A DNA stretch of 64,000 nucleotides, from assembly GCA_016217905.1 (NCBI GenBank), contig JACRFL010000002.1, positions 18,817 to 82,816 on the forward strand, read 5' to 3'. A program made the position numbers and the translations under genes. Shown here in pieces: positions 1 to 8,484 of the stretch (position 1 is the stretch's first letter; the number at the start of each line of letters is the position of its first letter). The notes beneath the pieces were generated by a model. That model saw only the letters and a program-made list of their open reading frames with translations. It ran no database searches and was not told where the DNA came from. Source of the DNA: Candidatus Kaiserbacteria bacterium (GTDB taxonomy: Bacteria > Patescibacteriota > Minisyncoccia > Phycocordibacterales > Phycocordibacteraceae).

Positions 1-251
1 CGATTGTAGCCGAGTCCTTGCCAAGTTTTGAGCACCTCGGAGAGCGGCGCAGCGGCAAGCTTCTTGGCTGTTGAAAATTTCTTAATGAACTTTCTATAAA
101 ACGGTATCACGCGCTCTACTTGGGTCTGCTGCAGCATGATTTCTGAAACAAGTATTTGATACGGGTCATGCGTTTCCCTCCAGGGCAAGCTATGCCGTCC
201 GAATTTTTTATAATGCATCCACACCACGCGCCGAAAATGCGGTATCGTCAT
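1..251 (-). CDS. mutY: A/G-specific adenine glycosylase (MutY family), N-terminal part; runs off the window edge
   Basis: Minus-strand translation MTIPHFRR...GRHSLPWRETHDPYQILVSEIMLQQTQVERV...WQGLGYNR; ATG overlaps the nth stop (ATGA). Confidence 0.9.
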   Translation of the reverse strand, partial: MTIPHFRRVVWMHYKKFGRHSLPWRETHDPYQILVSEIMLQQTQVERVIPFYRKFIKKFSTAKKLAAAPLSEVLKTWQGLGYN

Positions 252-901
252 TTCGCCTTCGGCCAGCGGTTGGCGGCGGGTGGCCAGAGTTTCGTTAAGG
301 GATGCCCCGCGCACTCATGCCGCCGTGCGGAACACACGTAGCGCCCGTAGAGAACGAGGCCGTTATTGACATATTTCCAATCTTTTTTCGGTATGAGCGC
401 CTCAAGATCTTTCGAGATTTTTGTCAGATCATCATCCCGGTCGGTGAGATCGAAACGCTTGGCGAAACGCTTTACATGCGTATCGGTCGCGATGCCTTCC
501 CATACGCCGTAGAGCTCGCCAAGGATGACGTGCGCCGTTTTATAGCCGATGCCGGGAAGCGCGACGAGTTCCGCCTCCGTGCGCGGCACGGCTCCGCCGT
601 GCCGCGCCTCCACTTCCTTCGCCGCGGCGATAATCGCCTTTGCTTTGTTACGGAAGAACGGTATCGAGGAAATCTCTTTCGTAAATGCCGCCGTGCTCGC
701 CCTCGCAAAGTCGCGCGCCGTTTTGTATTTCTTAAAAAGCGTTGCGGTGAGTCGATTCACCGCCTTGTCGGTGCATTGCGCAGAGAGGATGACGGCGACG
801 ACGAATTGGAACGGTGTCTGGTATGTGAGCTCGCTCTCCGGAGAGGGGTATGTCCTCTTCAAATACGCGACGATTTTTTTCGCGCGCTCCTTGCGATTCA
901 T
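248..901 (-). CDS. nth: Endonuclease III
   Basis: VAVILSAQCTD, HhH motif LPGIGYKTA, DTHVKR; Fe-S cysteine motif only partly kept (YVCSARRHEC). Confidence 0.92.
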   Translation of the reverse strand: MNRKERAKKIVAYLKRTYPSPESELTYQTPFQFVVAVILSAQCTDKAVNRLTATLFKKYKTARDFARASTAAFTKEISSIPFFRNKAKAIIAAAKEVEARHGGAVPRTEAELVALPGIGYKTAHVILGELYGVWEGIATDTHVKRFAKRFDLTDRDDDLTKISKDLEALIPKKDWKYVNNGLVLYGRYVCSARRHECAGHPLTKLWPPAANRWPKAK

Positions 902-2067
902 AACACCTTGCTCGTATGCTCTTCGCGCGGGAATGCGAAGTTAAAAAAGAGCTGCAGGAGCACGCCGATGGAAAAAACGGTGAGGAGAAGCACGGCGAAA
1001 GATCCGACCGCCGGCACGAGCGTTATGAGTGAGAACGCGAGCATCCCGAGCACGCCATCATGCCACAGCATCGCGCTGCGGTGCGCGAAGCGGTGCGCGA
1101 ACAAGCCACCGAGGAGGATGCCGGCGTACATGACCGCAAGAACCGTCATGAGGACGTAGAGGACGAACAGGAGGAGCGCGAGACCCATGCCGACGAACGT
1201 GAACGAAAGCAGCATGAGCAGGATCGGCGTGGCAGCGAGAATAGCGAAACCGAGCAGCATGGAGAGGAGGATGCTTCGGGGGCGCGCCGCATAGGCGCGT
1301 TCCACGACCGCTTCCGCGAGCCTCGGGAACAGGCCGGTGAGGAGCCCGGCGAGGATGAGGGCGCCGAGAATGCGCACGAAAAGGAAGAAGCCGATGCTCA
1401 CGAGCGCGAGGATACGCGAAGTGCCGGCGCCCGGCAGATAGGACGCGCTTGTGTACTCAACGCCGCCGGCGAGCGTCGCCGACTCGGGAATCACCGCCGG
1501 CTCGGGGGCTTCATAGGAAAGCGTGCCGCGGACCGTCGTGCTCGCCGAAAGCGTCACGCGGCCGCTCGCGACGACTCGCACGGGACCCGCGAAATCACCG
1601 CCAAGCAGGATGTCGTTGCCGTATACGGTGACCGGACCCGCCGCTCCGTCTGTTAGAGCGACATCGACGGCGGCGACAAAAACGCTTCCGTCGGCACTGC
1701 CGGAATCGCGTACGGAAACGCCGAGGGCGACCAGGTCGCCTCCTACGGGTTCCAGGACGGCGATGCTCCCGCCCAGAACCTTAAGGTCGCCCCCGACGCG
1801 CGCGCGCGAACTTAGGGAACCGGCGAGAAGAGATACATCGCCCCGCACCGGAGACGCGACGACGATCGAGCCGGCGACCGCCGTGAGGTCGCCCTGCACC
1901 GGCGCCGTGGTGACGACAGAAACGCCGCCTGCGTACGCGTTCCCGGGCGAGGAACTCGCGACGAGGAGCGAGCGGGCCGCTGAAAAAGACGCGGGCGCGC
2001 GCGAGGCGAACGCGGCCGCCGGCAGAATAAGGAGGAGGATAAGCGCGGCGAGAAGCGAGCGGCGCAT
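898..2067 (-). CDS. Membrane protein with bactofilin-like/beta-helical repeats and C-terminal TM segments
   Basis: Signal peptide, repeated V-x-G-D-(L/V)-x-x-x-(A/G)-G motifs, about 5 hydrophobic C-terminal helices. Confidence 0.65.
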   Translation of the reverse strand: MRRSLLAALILLLILPAAAFASRAPASFSAARSLLVASSSPGNAYAGGVSVVTTAPVQGDLTAVAGSIVVASPVRGDVSLLAGSLSSRARVGGDLKVLGGSIAVLEPVGGDLVALGVSVRDSGSADGSVFVAAVDVALTDGAAGPVTVYGNDILLGGDFAGPVRVVASGRVTLSASTTVRGTLSYEAPEPAVIPESATLAGGVEYTSASYLPGAGTSRILALVSIGFFLFVRILGALILAGLLTGLFPRLAEAVVERAYAARPRSILLSMLLGFAILAATPILLMLLSFTFVGMGLALLLFVLYVLMTVLAVMYAGILLGGLFAHRFAHRSAMLWHDGVLGMLAFSLITLVPAVGSFAVLLLTVFSIGVLLQLFFNFAFPREEHTSKVL

Positions 2068-2072
2068 GGCAA

Positions 2073-2576
2073 CTAGGCTGCCGGAGGCATCGAGAGACTG
2101 CGCGGCGGAGTGGACGGTTCGACGGGGCGGGGCTCCCGCGGCGCGGGTCGCCCGTTTCTGCGTATCGGCTCAAGCAGGATTGCGCACGCGAAAATGAGGA
2201 GCGTGATGAGGGCCGAGACGGAGCAATAGACGCAAAACTCGCGTATCACGAATGCCTGGACGACTACGAAGTACGCCGAGGCGGCGACGCCGACGGCCGA
2301 TGCCGCTTGAAGAGTCCGGCGCACGCGGCGATCGGGGGCGACGATTTCAAGCGCGGCGAGAACGAAGAGGGCGGCGTAAAAAAGGACGCCGAGTTCGGCA
2401 ACGGGGATGTTGAATATGCGCGCATACTGGCTCGTGACCACACTGTTGCAGCCTGAAAGGCTTTGGGCACTGCAGATGAGCGGCGTTCCGTTCAATTCAT
2501 TCTGCGTAAGGTAGAAGGCGTCCGCGAGCCCGGAAAAAGCCAGGAAGAGAAGGGCGATAACGGCCGCTCGTTTCAT
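2073..2576 (-). CDS. Vitamin K epoxide reductase (VKOR) family protein
   Basis: C...GCNSVVTSQYA, IPVAELG, FCVYC redox motif; start taken at MKRAAV. Confidence 0.9.
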   Translation of the reverse strand: MKRAAVIALLFLAFSGLADAFYLTQNELNGTPLICSAQSLSGCNSVVTSQYARIFNIPVAELGVLFYAALFVLAALEIVAPDRRVRRTLQAASAVGVAASAYFVVVQAFVIREFCVYCSVSALITLLIFACAILLEPIRRNGRPAPREPRPVEPSTPPRSLSMPPAA

Positions 2577-2658
2577 GGCCCCAGGATACGCGCTTTGTCG
2601 CATCCGCGCAAATTGCGCGATGCCGAAACGAGCGTCGGGGACGCAGTATAATACCGCA

Positions 2659-3567
2659 GTGGACAAGAAACTGATTCGTGCGGCAGTCGCCCTAATTCTC
2701 GCGCTTGCGGCGGGCGGCGCAGGGTACACTCTGGGCGGCTCCCCGAAGGAGAGCGTCGATATTTCGGCGCAAACCGTCTCGGCGCCGGCGGCTGGCTCGA
2801 CCCGTGTTCTCTACAGCCTCGATCAGAAACGGAACGACGAGGAGATCATCGCGCTCATCGACAGTGCGGAGAAGTACGTCTATTTTGCAATCTACACCTT
2901 TACGCTCCCGAATGTCGCCGACGCGCTCGTCGCCGCGAAAAAACGTGGCGTTGAGGTGCGGGGGGTTATGGATTCCGAACAGAGCAGTAATAGCTATGGC
3001 GCCCCCCTTACCGAGAAACTGCGGGCTGCCGGCATTCCAGTCGTGGTCGAGAAGCACGCGACAGGAAACGGCATCATGCATATCAAGCTCCTAGTAACCG
3101 AACGCGCGTATGCGACCGGCAGTTACAACTGGACGAAATCCGCGACGACCATCAACGACGAGGTCCTTGAGATCGGCACCGATCCGGCGCTTCGCCAAGC
3201 GTACGAAAATATCCTGAAACGGCTCCTCGACGCCTACCGAGGAAACAGCGCGGCCGCGGGAGCGGCCGCGAATGTTTCTATCGGCACCATCGACTATGCA
3301 CAGGCCTCTGCGCACATCGGCGAATACGCTTCCGTGAAGGGAGCGCTCGTCAAGGCCTATACGTCCAAAAGCGGAACGGTCTTCCTCGACTTCTGCACAA
3401 GCTACAAGACCTGCCCGTTCTCGGGCGTCATCTTCGCCGACGATGCGCGGAAGTTCGGCGACCTCTCCCGCTACGAGGGGTCCACCGTCACCCTCACCGG
3501 CAAGATTTCCTCCTACCAAGGCAAAGCCGAAATCGTCCTCTCTTCTCCGAGCCAGCTTTCGCCATAG
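2659..3567 (+). CDS. Membrane-anchored or secreted phospholipase D-family (Nuc-like) nuclease with C-terminal OB-fold-like domain
   Basis: N-terminal hydrophobic helix, AIYTFT, MHIKLLVTE...TGSYNWT; C-terminal 'VTLTGKISSYQGKAEIVL'; GTG start 7 nt after TATAAT. Confidence 0.8.
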   Translation: MDKKLIRAAVALILALAAGGAGYTLGGSPKESVDISAQTVSAPAAGSTRVLYSLDQKRNDEEIIALIDSAEKYVYFAIYTFTLPNVADALVAAKKRGVEVRGVMDSEQSSNSYGAPLTEKLRAAGIPVVVEKHATGNGIMHIKLLVTERAYATGSYNWTKSATTINDEVLEIGTDPALRQAYENILKRLLDAYRGNSAAAGAAANVSIGTIDYAQASAHIGEYASVKGALVKAYTSKSGTVFLDFCTSYKTCPFSGVIFADDARKFGDLSRYEGSTVTLTGKISSYQGKAEIVLSSPSQLSP

Positions 3568-3612
3568 CGTTGCGTATTCTGCTTTTTTTATGCTATATTC
3601 TGACTACTTCCA

Positions 3613-4206
3613 GTGGCTACCGATCGACTTCGCATCAATAACGAAATCCGCGCGCAGGAGCTGCGTGTCGTTGGCGCTCAAGGAGAGAATCTGGGAATTC
3701 TCGCGCTTGATGCGGCCTTGGCGGCCGCAAAGCAGGCGGGACTCGACCTTATCGAGATCTCGCCCTCGGCCGTCCCGCCCGTTGCGAAGATCATGGATTA
3801 TGGTAAATTCGAGTACGAGCGAAGTAAGAAGGAGAAGGTAGCAAAGGCCAAGGTCAAGATATCCGAGACTAAGGAGGTCCAGATCAAGGTCGGTACCGGC
3901 GACAACGACATGGCCCTGAAGGCGAAAAAGGCCGCCGAGTGGCTCGCCGAGGGGCACCGGGTGCGCGCCGAGCTATTTCTCAAAGGCCGCTATAAGAGCA
4001 TGGAGGAGGCGTTCCTCAAGGAACGTCTTGAGAGATTCCTCAAGATAATTCCCTACGCCTATAAGGTCGCCGAGCCAATCGCGCGGAGTCCGAAGGGCTT
4101 CGCCGGAGTTATCGAACGCGATCTGGTCGCCCAGGCAAAACGGGAGAAAGAAAAACTTCACAATGAAAACCATTCGATAAACTCAGGGCAAGCCAATAAA
4201 TCATGA
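3613..4206 (+). CDS. infC: Translation initiation factor IF-3
   Basis: RINNEIRAQELRVV, PPVAKIMDYGKF; precedes rpmI-rplT. Confidence 0.95.
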   Translation: MATDRLRINNEIRAQELRVVGAQGENLGILALDAALAAAKQAGLDLIEISPSAVPPVAKIMDYGKFEYERSKKEKVAKAKVKISETKEVQIKVGTGDNDMALKAKKAAEWLAEGHRVRAELFLKGRYKSMEEAFLKERLERFLKIIPYAYKVAEPIARSPKGFAGVIERDLVAQAKREKEKLHNENHSINSGQANKS

Positions 4207-4397
4207 AAACCAATAAATCATATTCAAAAAGGATTCGCGTCACCCGCAACGGGAAGCTTGTTGCGCGCGCAAAGGGCCAGAACCATTTCAACGCGAAGCA
4301 GAGCGGCGGACAGCGACGCGCCAAACGCCGCTCCGTCACGCTCAATCTCTCAGCCAAGGTGCGCGCCCGCTTTCTCCCCGGCACCGGCGCCAAGTAA
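4203..4397 (+). CDS. rpmI: 50S ribosomal protein L35
   Basis: MKTNKSYSKRIRVTRNGK; operon position. Confidence 0.92.
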   Translation: MKTNKSYSKRIRVTRNGKLVARAKGQNHFNAKQSGGQRRAKRRSVTLNLSAKVRARFLPGTGAK

Positions 4398-4418
4398 TTC
4401 CCTACTAACTTTTTATTT

Positions 4419-4766
4419 ATGACCAGAATCAAAGGTGGAGTGCACGCCAATAAGCGCCGCAAGAACGTTCTCGAGCGAGCCAAGGGATACCGCGGCGTCC
4501 GTTCCAAGAAAGAGCGATATGCGCATGAAGCGCTGATGCGTGCCGGTCGCTACGCCTTCGCCCACCGTCGCGACAAGAAGACCGACTTCCGCCAGCTCTG
4601 GATCGTCCGGCTCAACGCCGCCGTCCGCGAGAACGGCCACAAGTCCTACAGTACGTTCATTGCGAAATTCAAGAAGAACGGCTTCCAGCTCGACCGCAAG
4701 GTCCTCGCCCAGTTCGCCTCAGAACACCCTGAGGTCTTCGCACGTATCGCGAGGCAGGTTATCTAA
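4419..4766 (+). CDS. rplT: 50S ribosomal protein L20
   Basis: AKGYRG, FRQLWIVRLNAA, LDRKVLA. Confidence 0.97.
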   Translation: MTRIKGGVHANKRRKNVLERAKGYRGVRSKKERYAHEALMRAGRYAFAHRRDKKTDFRQLWIVRLNAAVRENGHKSYSTFIAKFKKNGFQLDRKVLAQFASEHPEVFARIARQVI

Positions 4767-4799
4767 ACGAAAGCCGCTCCAAAAAGAGTGACTTTCGTT

Positions 4800-6191
4800 T
4801 CAAATCTTCTTTACCGAATCTTTCGTGATTTCCCACGTCTGACCGTAGTCGGGAACGATTGCGTTCCCGCCCAAGTAGTCGTGAATGCGCTGGGCGAGGA
4901 AGCGCTCCTCGGCGGGTTCGCCGATGGCGGTAAAGATGGCTTTCGTACGCCTCTCTGCAAGCGCCGCTTCGGCAAACTGGAGGAGTCCGTCGCGATCGGC
5001 GTGCGCCGACCAGCCCTCGAGCACCTCCACCTTCGCGTGCGCAACCACCTCTGCTCCGTTTATGCGTACCGTCTTCGCGCCCTCCTGGATGCGCCGCCCG
5101 GGGCTCCCGGGGGCCTGGTAGCCGACGATGATAAGCGTGGTCGCCGGGTCGGACAGGTACTGCGTCTCCCAGCGCCCGATGCGGCCGCCGTGGCTCATCC
5201 CCGCGCCAGCGATGATTATTTTCGGGTTCGGCGCCTTCTCTATCGACGCCGACTCTAAGCGTGAATTTGTCTTTGTGAGGAACGGGAATTCAAAAATGCT
5301 CCCTTCCCGCTTCATTTCATCCTCGGTCTCCGGCTTGAAATAGGTCATTCCCCACTTCTCGTAGACCTCCGTTACATGGATTGCAAGCGGCGAATCGAGA
5401 AAGACCGGAATCTGCGGAAGACTGTCTTCCGCAAAAAAGTTGGAGAGCTCGTAGAGCATGAGCTGGGTGCGCTCAAGCGAGAACGCAGGGATGAGGATCG
5501 TGCCGCCGCGGGCTATCGCGCGCACAAGCGTATCGCGCAGCGTCGCAACGCGCGCGCTCGACGGCGGGTGGATCCGATTGCCGTAGACGCTTTCCATCAC
5601 GAGCGCGTCCGCATCCTCTACCGGTTCCCAGTCAGGAAGAAGCGGCGAAGGCGAGTTGCCGATGTCGCCCGTAAGCGCGACGGCGACGCCCACCTCGTCT
5701 CTGATGCGCACGCTCGCGGAACCGAGGATGTGCCCGGTATTGCGCAGATACGCGGAGAGCCCGGGAGCGACCTCTTTTTCCGTATGGTACTCGAACGTTT
5801 CGATGAGCTTGAAGGTTTCCTCAACGTCTTTCTCCTCGTAGAGCGGTTCTCTGCCGCGGCGCGCGGCTTCCTCCGCGAGAATGCCGACGGAATCGCGCAA
5901 GATGAGTTCGGAAAGGTCCCTTGTCGGCGGCGTCATGTAAATTTTCCCGCCAAAGCTGTTCCGCACCAGCTTCGGGATACGGCCGACGTGGTCGAGATGC
6001 GCATGAGTCAGCACGAGCGCGTCGACCGTTTTCACATCGTACGGGAACGGCCCGTACACGCACTCCTCGCATAGGTGAGCACCCTGTTCGATGCCGCAAT
6101 CGACGAGAACTTTCCCGCGTGATCCCTCAATTAAAAAATTGGAACCGGTCACCTTCCCCGCTCCGCCGTAGAAACTAAGTCTGAGTGACAT
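4800..6191 (-). CDS. MBL-fold beta-CASP metallo-hydrolase (RNA-processing exonuclease family)
   Basis: GGAGKVTGS, THAHLDHVG, GHILGS, MESVYG, SAHAD. Confidence 0.9.
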   Translation of the reverse strand: MSLRLSFYGGAGKVTGSNFLIEGSRGKVLVDCGIEQGAHLCEECVYGPFPYDVKTVDALVLTHAHLDHVGRIPKLVRNSFGGKIYMTPPTRDLSELILRDSVGILAEEAARRGREPLYEEKDVEETFKLIETFEYHTEKEVAPGLSAYLRNTGHILGSASVRIRDEVGVAVALTGDIGNSPSPLLPDWEPVEDADALVMESVYGNRIHPPSSARVATLRDTLVRAIARGGTILIPAFSLERTQLMLYELSNFFAEDSLPQIPVFLDSPLAIHVTEVYEKWGMTYFKPETEDEMKREGSIFEFPFLTKTNSRLESASIEKAPNPKIIIAGAGMSHGGRIGRWETQYLSDPATTLIIVGYQAPGSPGRRIQEGAKTVRINGAEVVAHAKVEVLEGWSAHADRDGLLQFAEAALAERRTKAIFTAIGEPAEERFLAQRIHDYLGGNAIVPDYGQTWEITKDSVKKI

Positions 6192-6196
6192 GCTTA

Positions 6197-6216
6197 TTGT
6201 ATAGATTACTATACAA
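6197..6216. promoter_or_regulatory. Inverted repeat TTGTATAG-N4-CTATACAA overlapping the -10 region of the beta-CASP gene (operator-like)
   Basis: Perfect 8-bp arms; minus-strand TACAAT lies 4 nt before the ATG at 6191. Confidence 0.5.
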
Positions 6217-6284
6217 CCGCTCGTTCGGCGAACACGCAGCTATGCGGCATTGCCGTGTGCTGCCGCCTCACTTCGCGGCTGTAA

Positions 6285-6324
6285 CGCCAATCGCCCTGTT
6301 TCCGAAGAAACAGGGCGATTGGCG
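6285..6324 (-). terminator. 18-bp stem hairpin with C(UUCG)G loop on the minus strand
   Basis: cgccaatcgccctgtttc-cgaa-gaaacagggcgattggcg. Confidence 0.6.
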
Positions 6325-6465
6325 GAGCCGTTCCCTAGTGCAACTTAATCTTGCCAGGTGGGGTTCCTGCGCGATGGCGTAGGAACGAATAAACGCTCGC
6401 ATTGCTACCGACGACCCGGAACCCCGAGAATTCGGCAAGTTGCGTTTTTAAGAACAGCTCCAGCC
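6321..6465 (-). ncRNA. Rod-shaped structured RNA, probably 6S RNA
   Basis: Nested pairings GGAGCTGTTC/GAACGGCTCC, GCAACTT/AAGTTGC, GGGGTTCC/GGAACCCC; TATACT -10 box directly upstream on the minus strand; no credible ORF. Confidence 0.5.
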
Positions 6466-6532
6466 CCTAGTATACTCCTGCCGCGCAAAAGGCAAGGGAA
6501 AACTGAAAACGCAGCGCATTGCGTGGCTTTTT

Positions 6533-7117
6533 CTAGTCGCCGTGGCGTTTGTAGCTTTGGATTTTCTTCCCTCCAAACCAGTGATCAATCTCGTGTGCGG
6601 CTTCTTCCGGCGTTTCTGAAGCGTGGAGAATATTCGCTACGGCGCGCTTCTCTGCATTCGCAACCGCCGGTGAATCGTTGGAGAAATCTCCGCGGATGGT
6701 ACCCATATCGGCCTGGTACGGCATCGTCGGTCCGCAAATCTTGCGCACCATGTCCACTGCGTGTGTCCCTTCAACTACCATCTTCACGAGAGGCGCAGAA
6801 AGCATATAGTCTACGAGCCACTTCCGAATCTCGGGACCGATCTCTTCCGGCACCGTGGTGCCGAAGTCCGCCATCGCATCGAATTGGTATTTTTCGTACG
6901 TTACGAGCGTCTTCTCGCCAAGACGCCTAATCCACGCCGCGTCCTTAGGATAGTGGTTATCAACCTCTTCAAATGACGGTTGAAACATCTCGAGCGCAAC
7001 GATCTTGAGATCACGCTGTTCAAAACGCTTTATAACTTCGCCGATGAGGCCTTTCTTCACGCCGTCCGGCTTGATCATTACGTATGTCTTCTCTTCTTTC
7101 GGATTCTTGTTGGCCAT
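6533..7117 (-). CDS. ndk: Nucleoside diphosphate kinase (in frame with upstream map)
   Basis: TYVMIKPDGV, GTIRGDF, NILHAS catalytic His; own ATG at 7117. Confidence 0.93.
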   Translation of the reverse strand: MANKNPKEEKTYVMIKPDGVKKGLIGEVIKRFEQRDLKIVALEMFQPSFEEVDNHYPKDAAWIRRLGEKTLVTYEKYQFDAMADFGTTVPEEIGPEIRKWLVDYMLSAPLVKMVVEGTHAVDMVRKICGPTMPYQADMGTIRGDFSNDSPAVANAEKRAVANILHASETPEEAAHEIDHWFGGKKIQSYKRHGD

Positions 7118-7903
7118 GGTTTGAAAAATAAAAGCGCCTGCGGCGGTTATGATACGCGCCCCGCCCTTCTCAAGCAAGATGGTGTGTTCGAAGTGGGCGC
7201 TCCTCGAGCCATCCTTGGTGCGGTAGGTATAGCCGTCGGGAGCTAGGACAACCGCCGCTTTGCCCGCGCTCGCGATGGGCTCGAGCGCGAGCACCATGCC
7301 CTCGGTGAGCAACTCGCCCTTACCCGGGCGGCCGAAGTTCGGAATGAACGGTTCTTCGTGTACGAGGTCGCCGACACCGTGCCCGCCGAGTTCTCTCACC
7401 ACGGTGAATCCCGCCCGCTCAATCTCCTCCTGTATCGCGTGGGAAACATCGCCCATATGATTCCCCGGGACGGCCGCGGCGATGCCCGCCGCAAGCGCGG
7501 CTTCGGTCGCGCGCATAAGCTTCTTGGACACTTCGTCCACCGTGCCCACCGGTACGGTAATCGCCGCGTCGACGACGACGCCCGCGTGGCGCAGGCCGAG
7601 ATCGAGGCCGACGATGTCGCCCTCCTTCAGCGTCTTGGCCGACTCATTCGGAATACCATGCACGACTTCATCGTTAATCGAGACGCACAGCGTCGCCGGA
7701 TACGACCGTCCCGCGCCCTCGGGCGTGTAGCCGAGGAAGCAGGGATCATCGCCTCCGTCGCGGATAAGCCGCTCCGCGAGGTCGTCGAGCTCTTCGGCGG
7801 AAACGCCGGGCGCCACCTTCGCGCGAAGCGCTTTCAACACGGCCGCGAGGCGCTTCCCCGCCTCAATGAGGCTCGCCCGTTCGGTGTCGTTTGCGATTGT
7901 CAT
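7118..7903 (-). CDS. map: Type I methionine aminopeptidase; no stop codon, reads through into ndk
   Basis: CVSINDEVVHGIP, GHGVG..VHEEP, ALEP, SAHFEHT. Confidence 0.93.
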
Positions 7904-8466
7904 GCGATCTTGAGCGCTGCGTTGATATCGGCGGCGATTTCCTCCGGCGTCTGCTCGCCGTTCACTTCGATAAGCATGCAGGATGTGCGGAACAGCTCGA
8001 TTGCCGGTTCGGTATATTCATAATATTCCTTCAACCGCTCATCAACGACCGCGTCGTCGGCGCGGCTCTCGATCTCTTTTCGAAGATCGAGACGCCGGCG
8101 GACCTCTTTGTCGGAAACCCGGATATTCACAATAATACCCTGCCGTCCGAGCCACGCGAGAGAGTCGATGACGAGCTCGGCCTCCGGTATCTTGCGATTG
8201 AATCCGTCGAAAATGATCCCTCGGTCATCGGGAATTGAAAAGAGGGACTTCAGATAGAGATACATCGCGAACCAATGTGGCTGGAGTTCTCCCGCGTCGT
8301 TTTCGGTTTTTACCTTACGCCCAACCGGCGTGTCCTCTTCTGCAATTTCGCGGAAGAGCTTCCCCGAGGAAAAAACCGTCCAGCCCGTCTTCTGCGAAAG
8401 CAGTTTCGCCTGTGTCCCCTTCCCGCACCCCGGCTTCCCTATAAAAAATATCGTGGGTGTGCCCAT
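7900..8466 (-). CDS. adk: Adenylate kinase (short form)
   Basis: GKPGCGKGTQA, IFDGFNR, RADD; lies between secY and map. Confidence 0.9.
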   Translation of the reverse strand: MGTPTIFFIGKPGCGKGTQAKLLSQKTGWTVFSSGKLFREIAEEDTPVGRKVKTENDAGELQPHWFAMYLYLKSLFSIPDDRGIIFDGFNRKIPEAELVIDSLAWLGRQGIIVNIRVSDKEVRRRLDLRKEIESRADDAVVDERLKEYYEYTEPAIELFRTSCMLIEVNGEQTPEEIAADINAALKIA

Positions 8467-8484
8467 CCGCTCACTCTAGCATTT

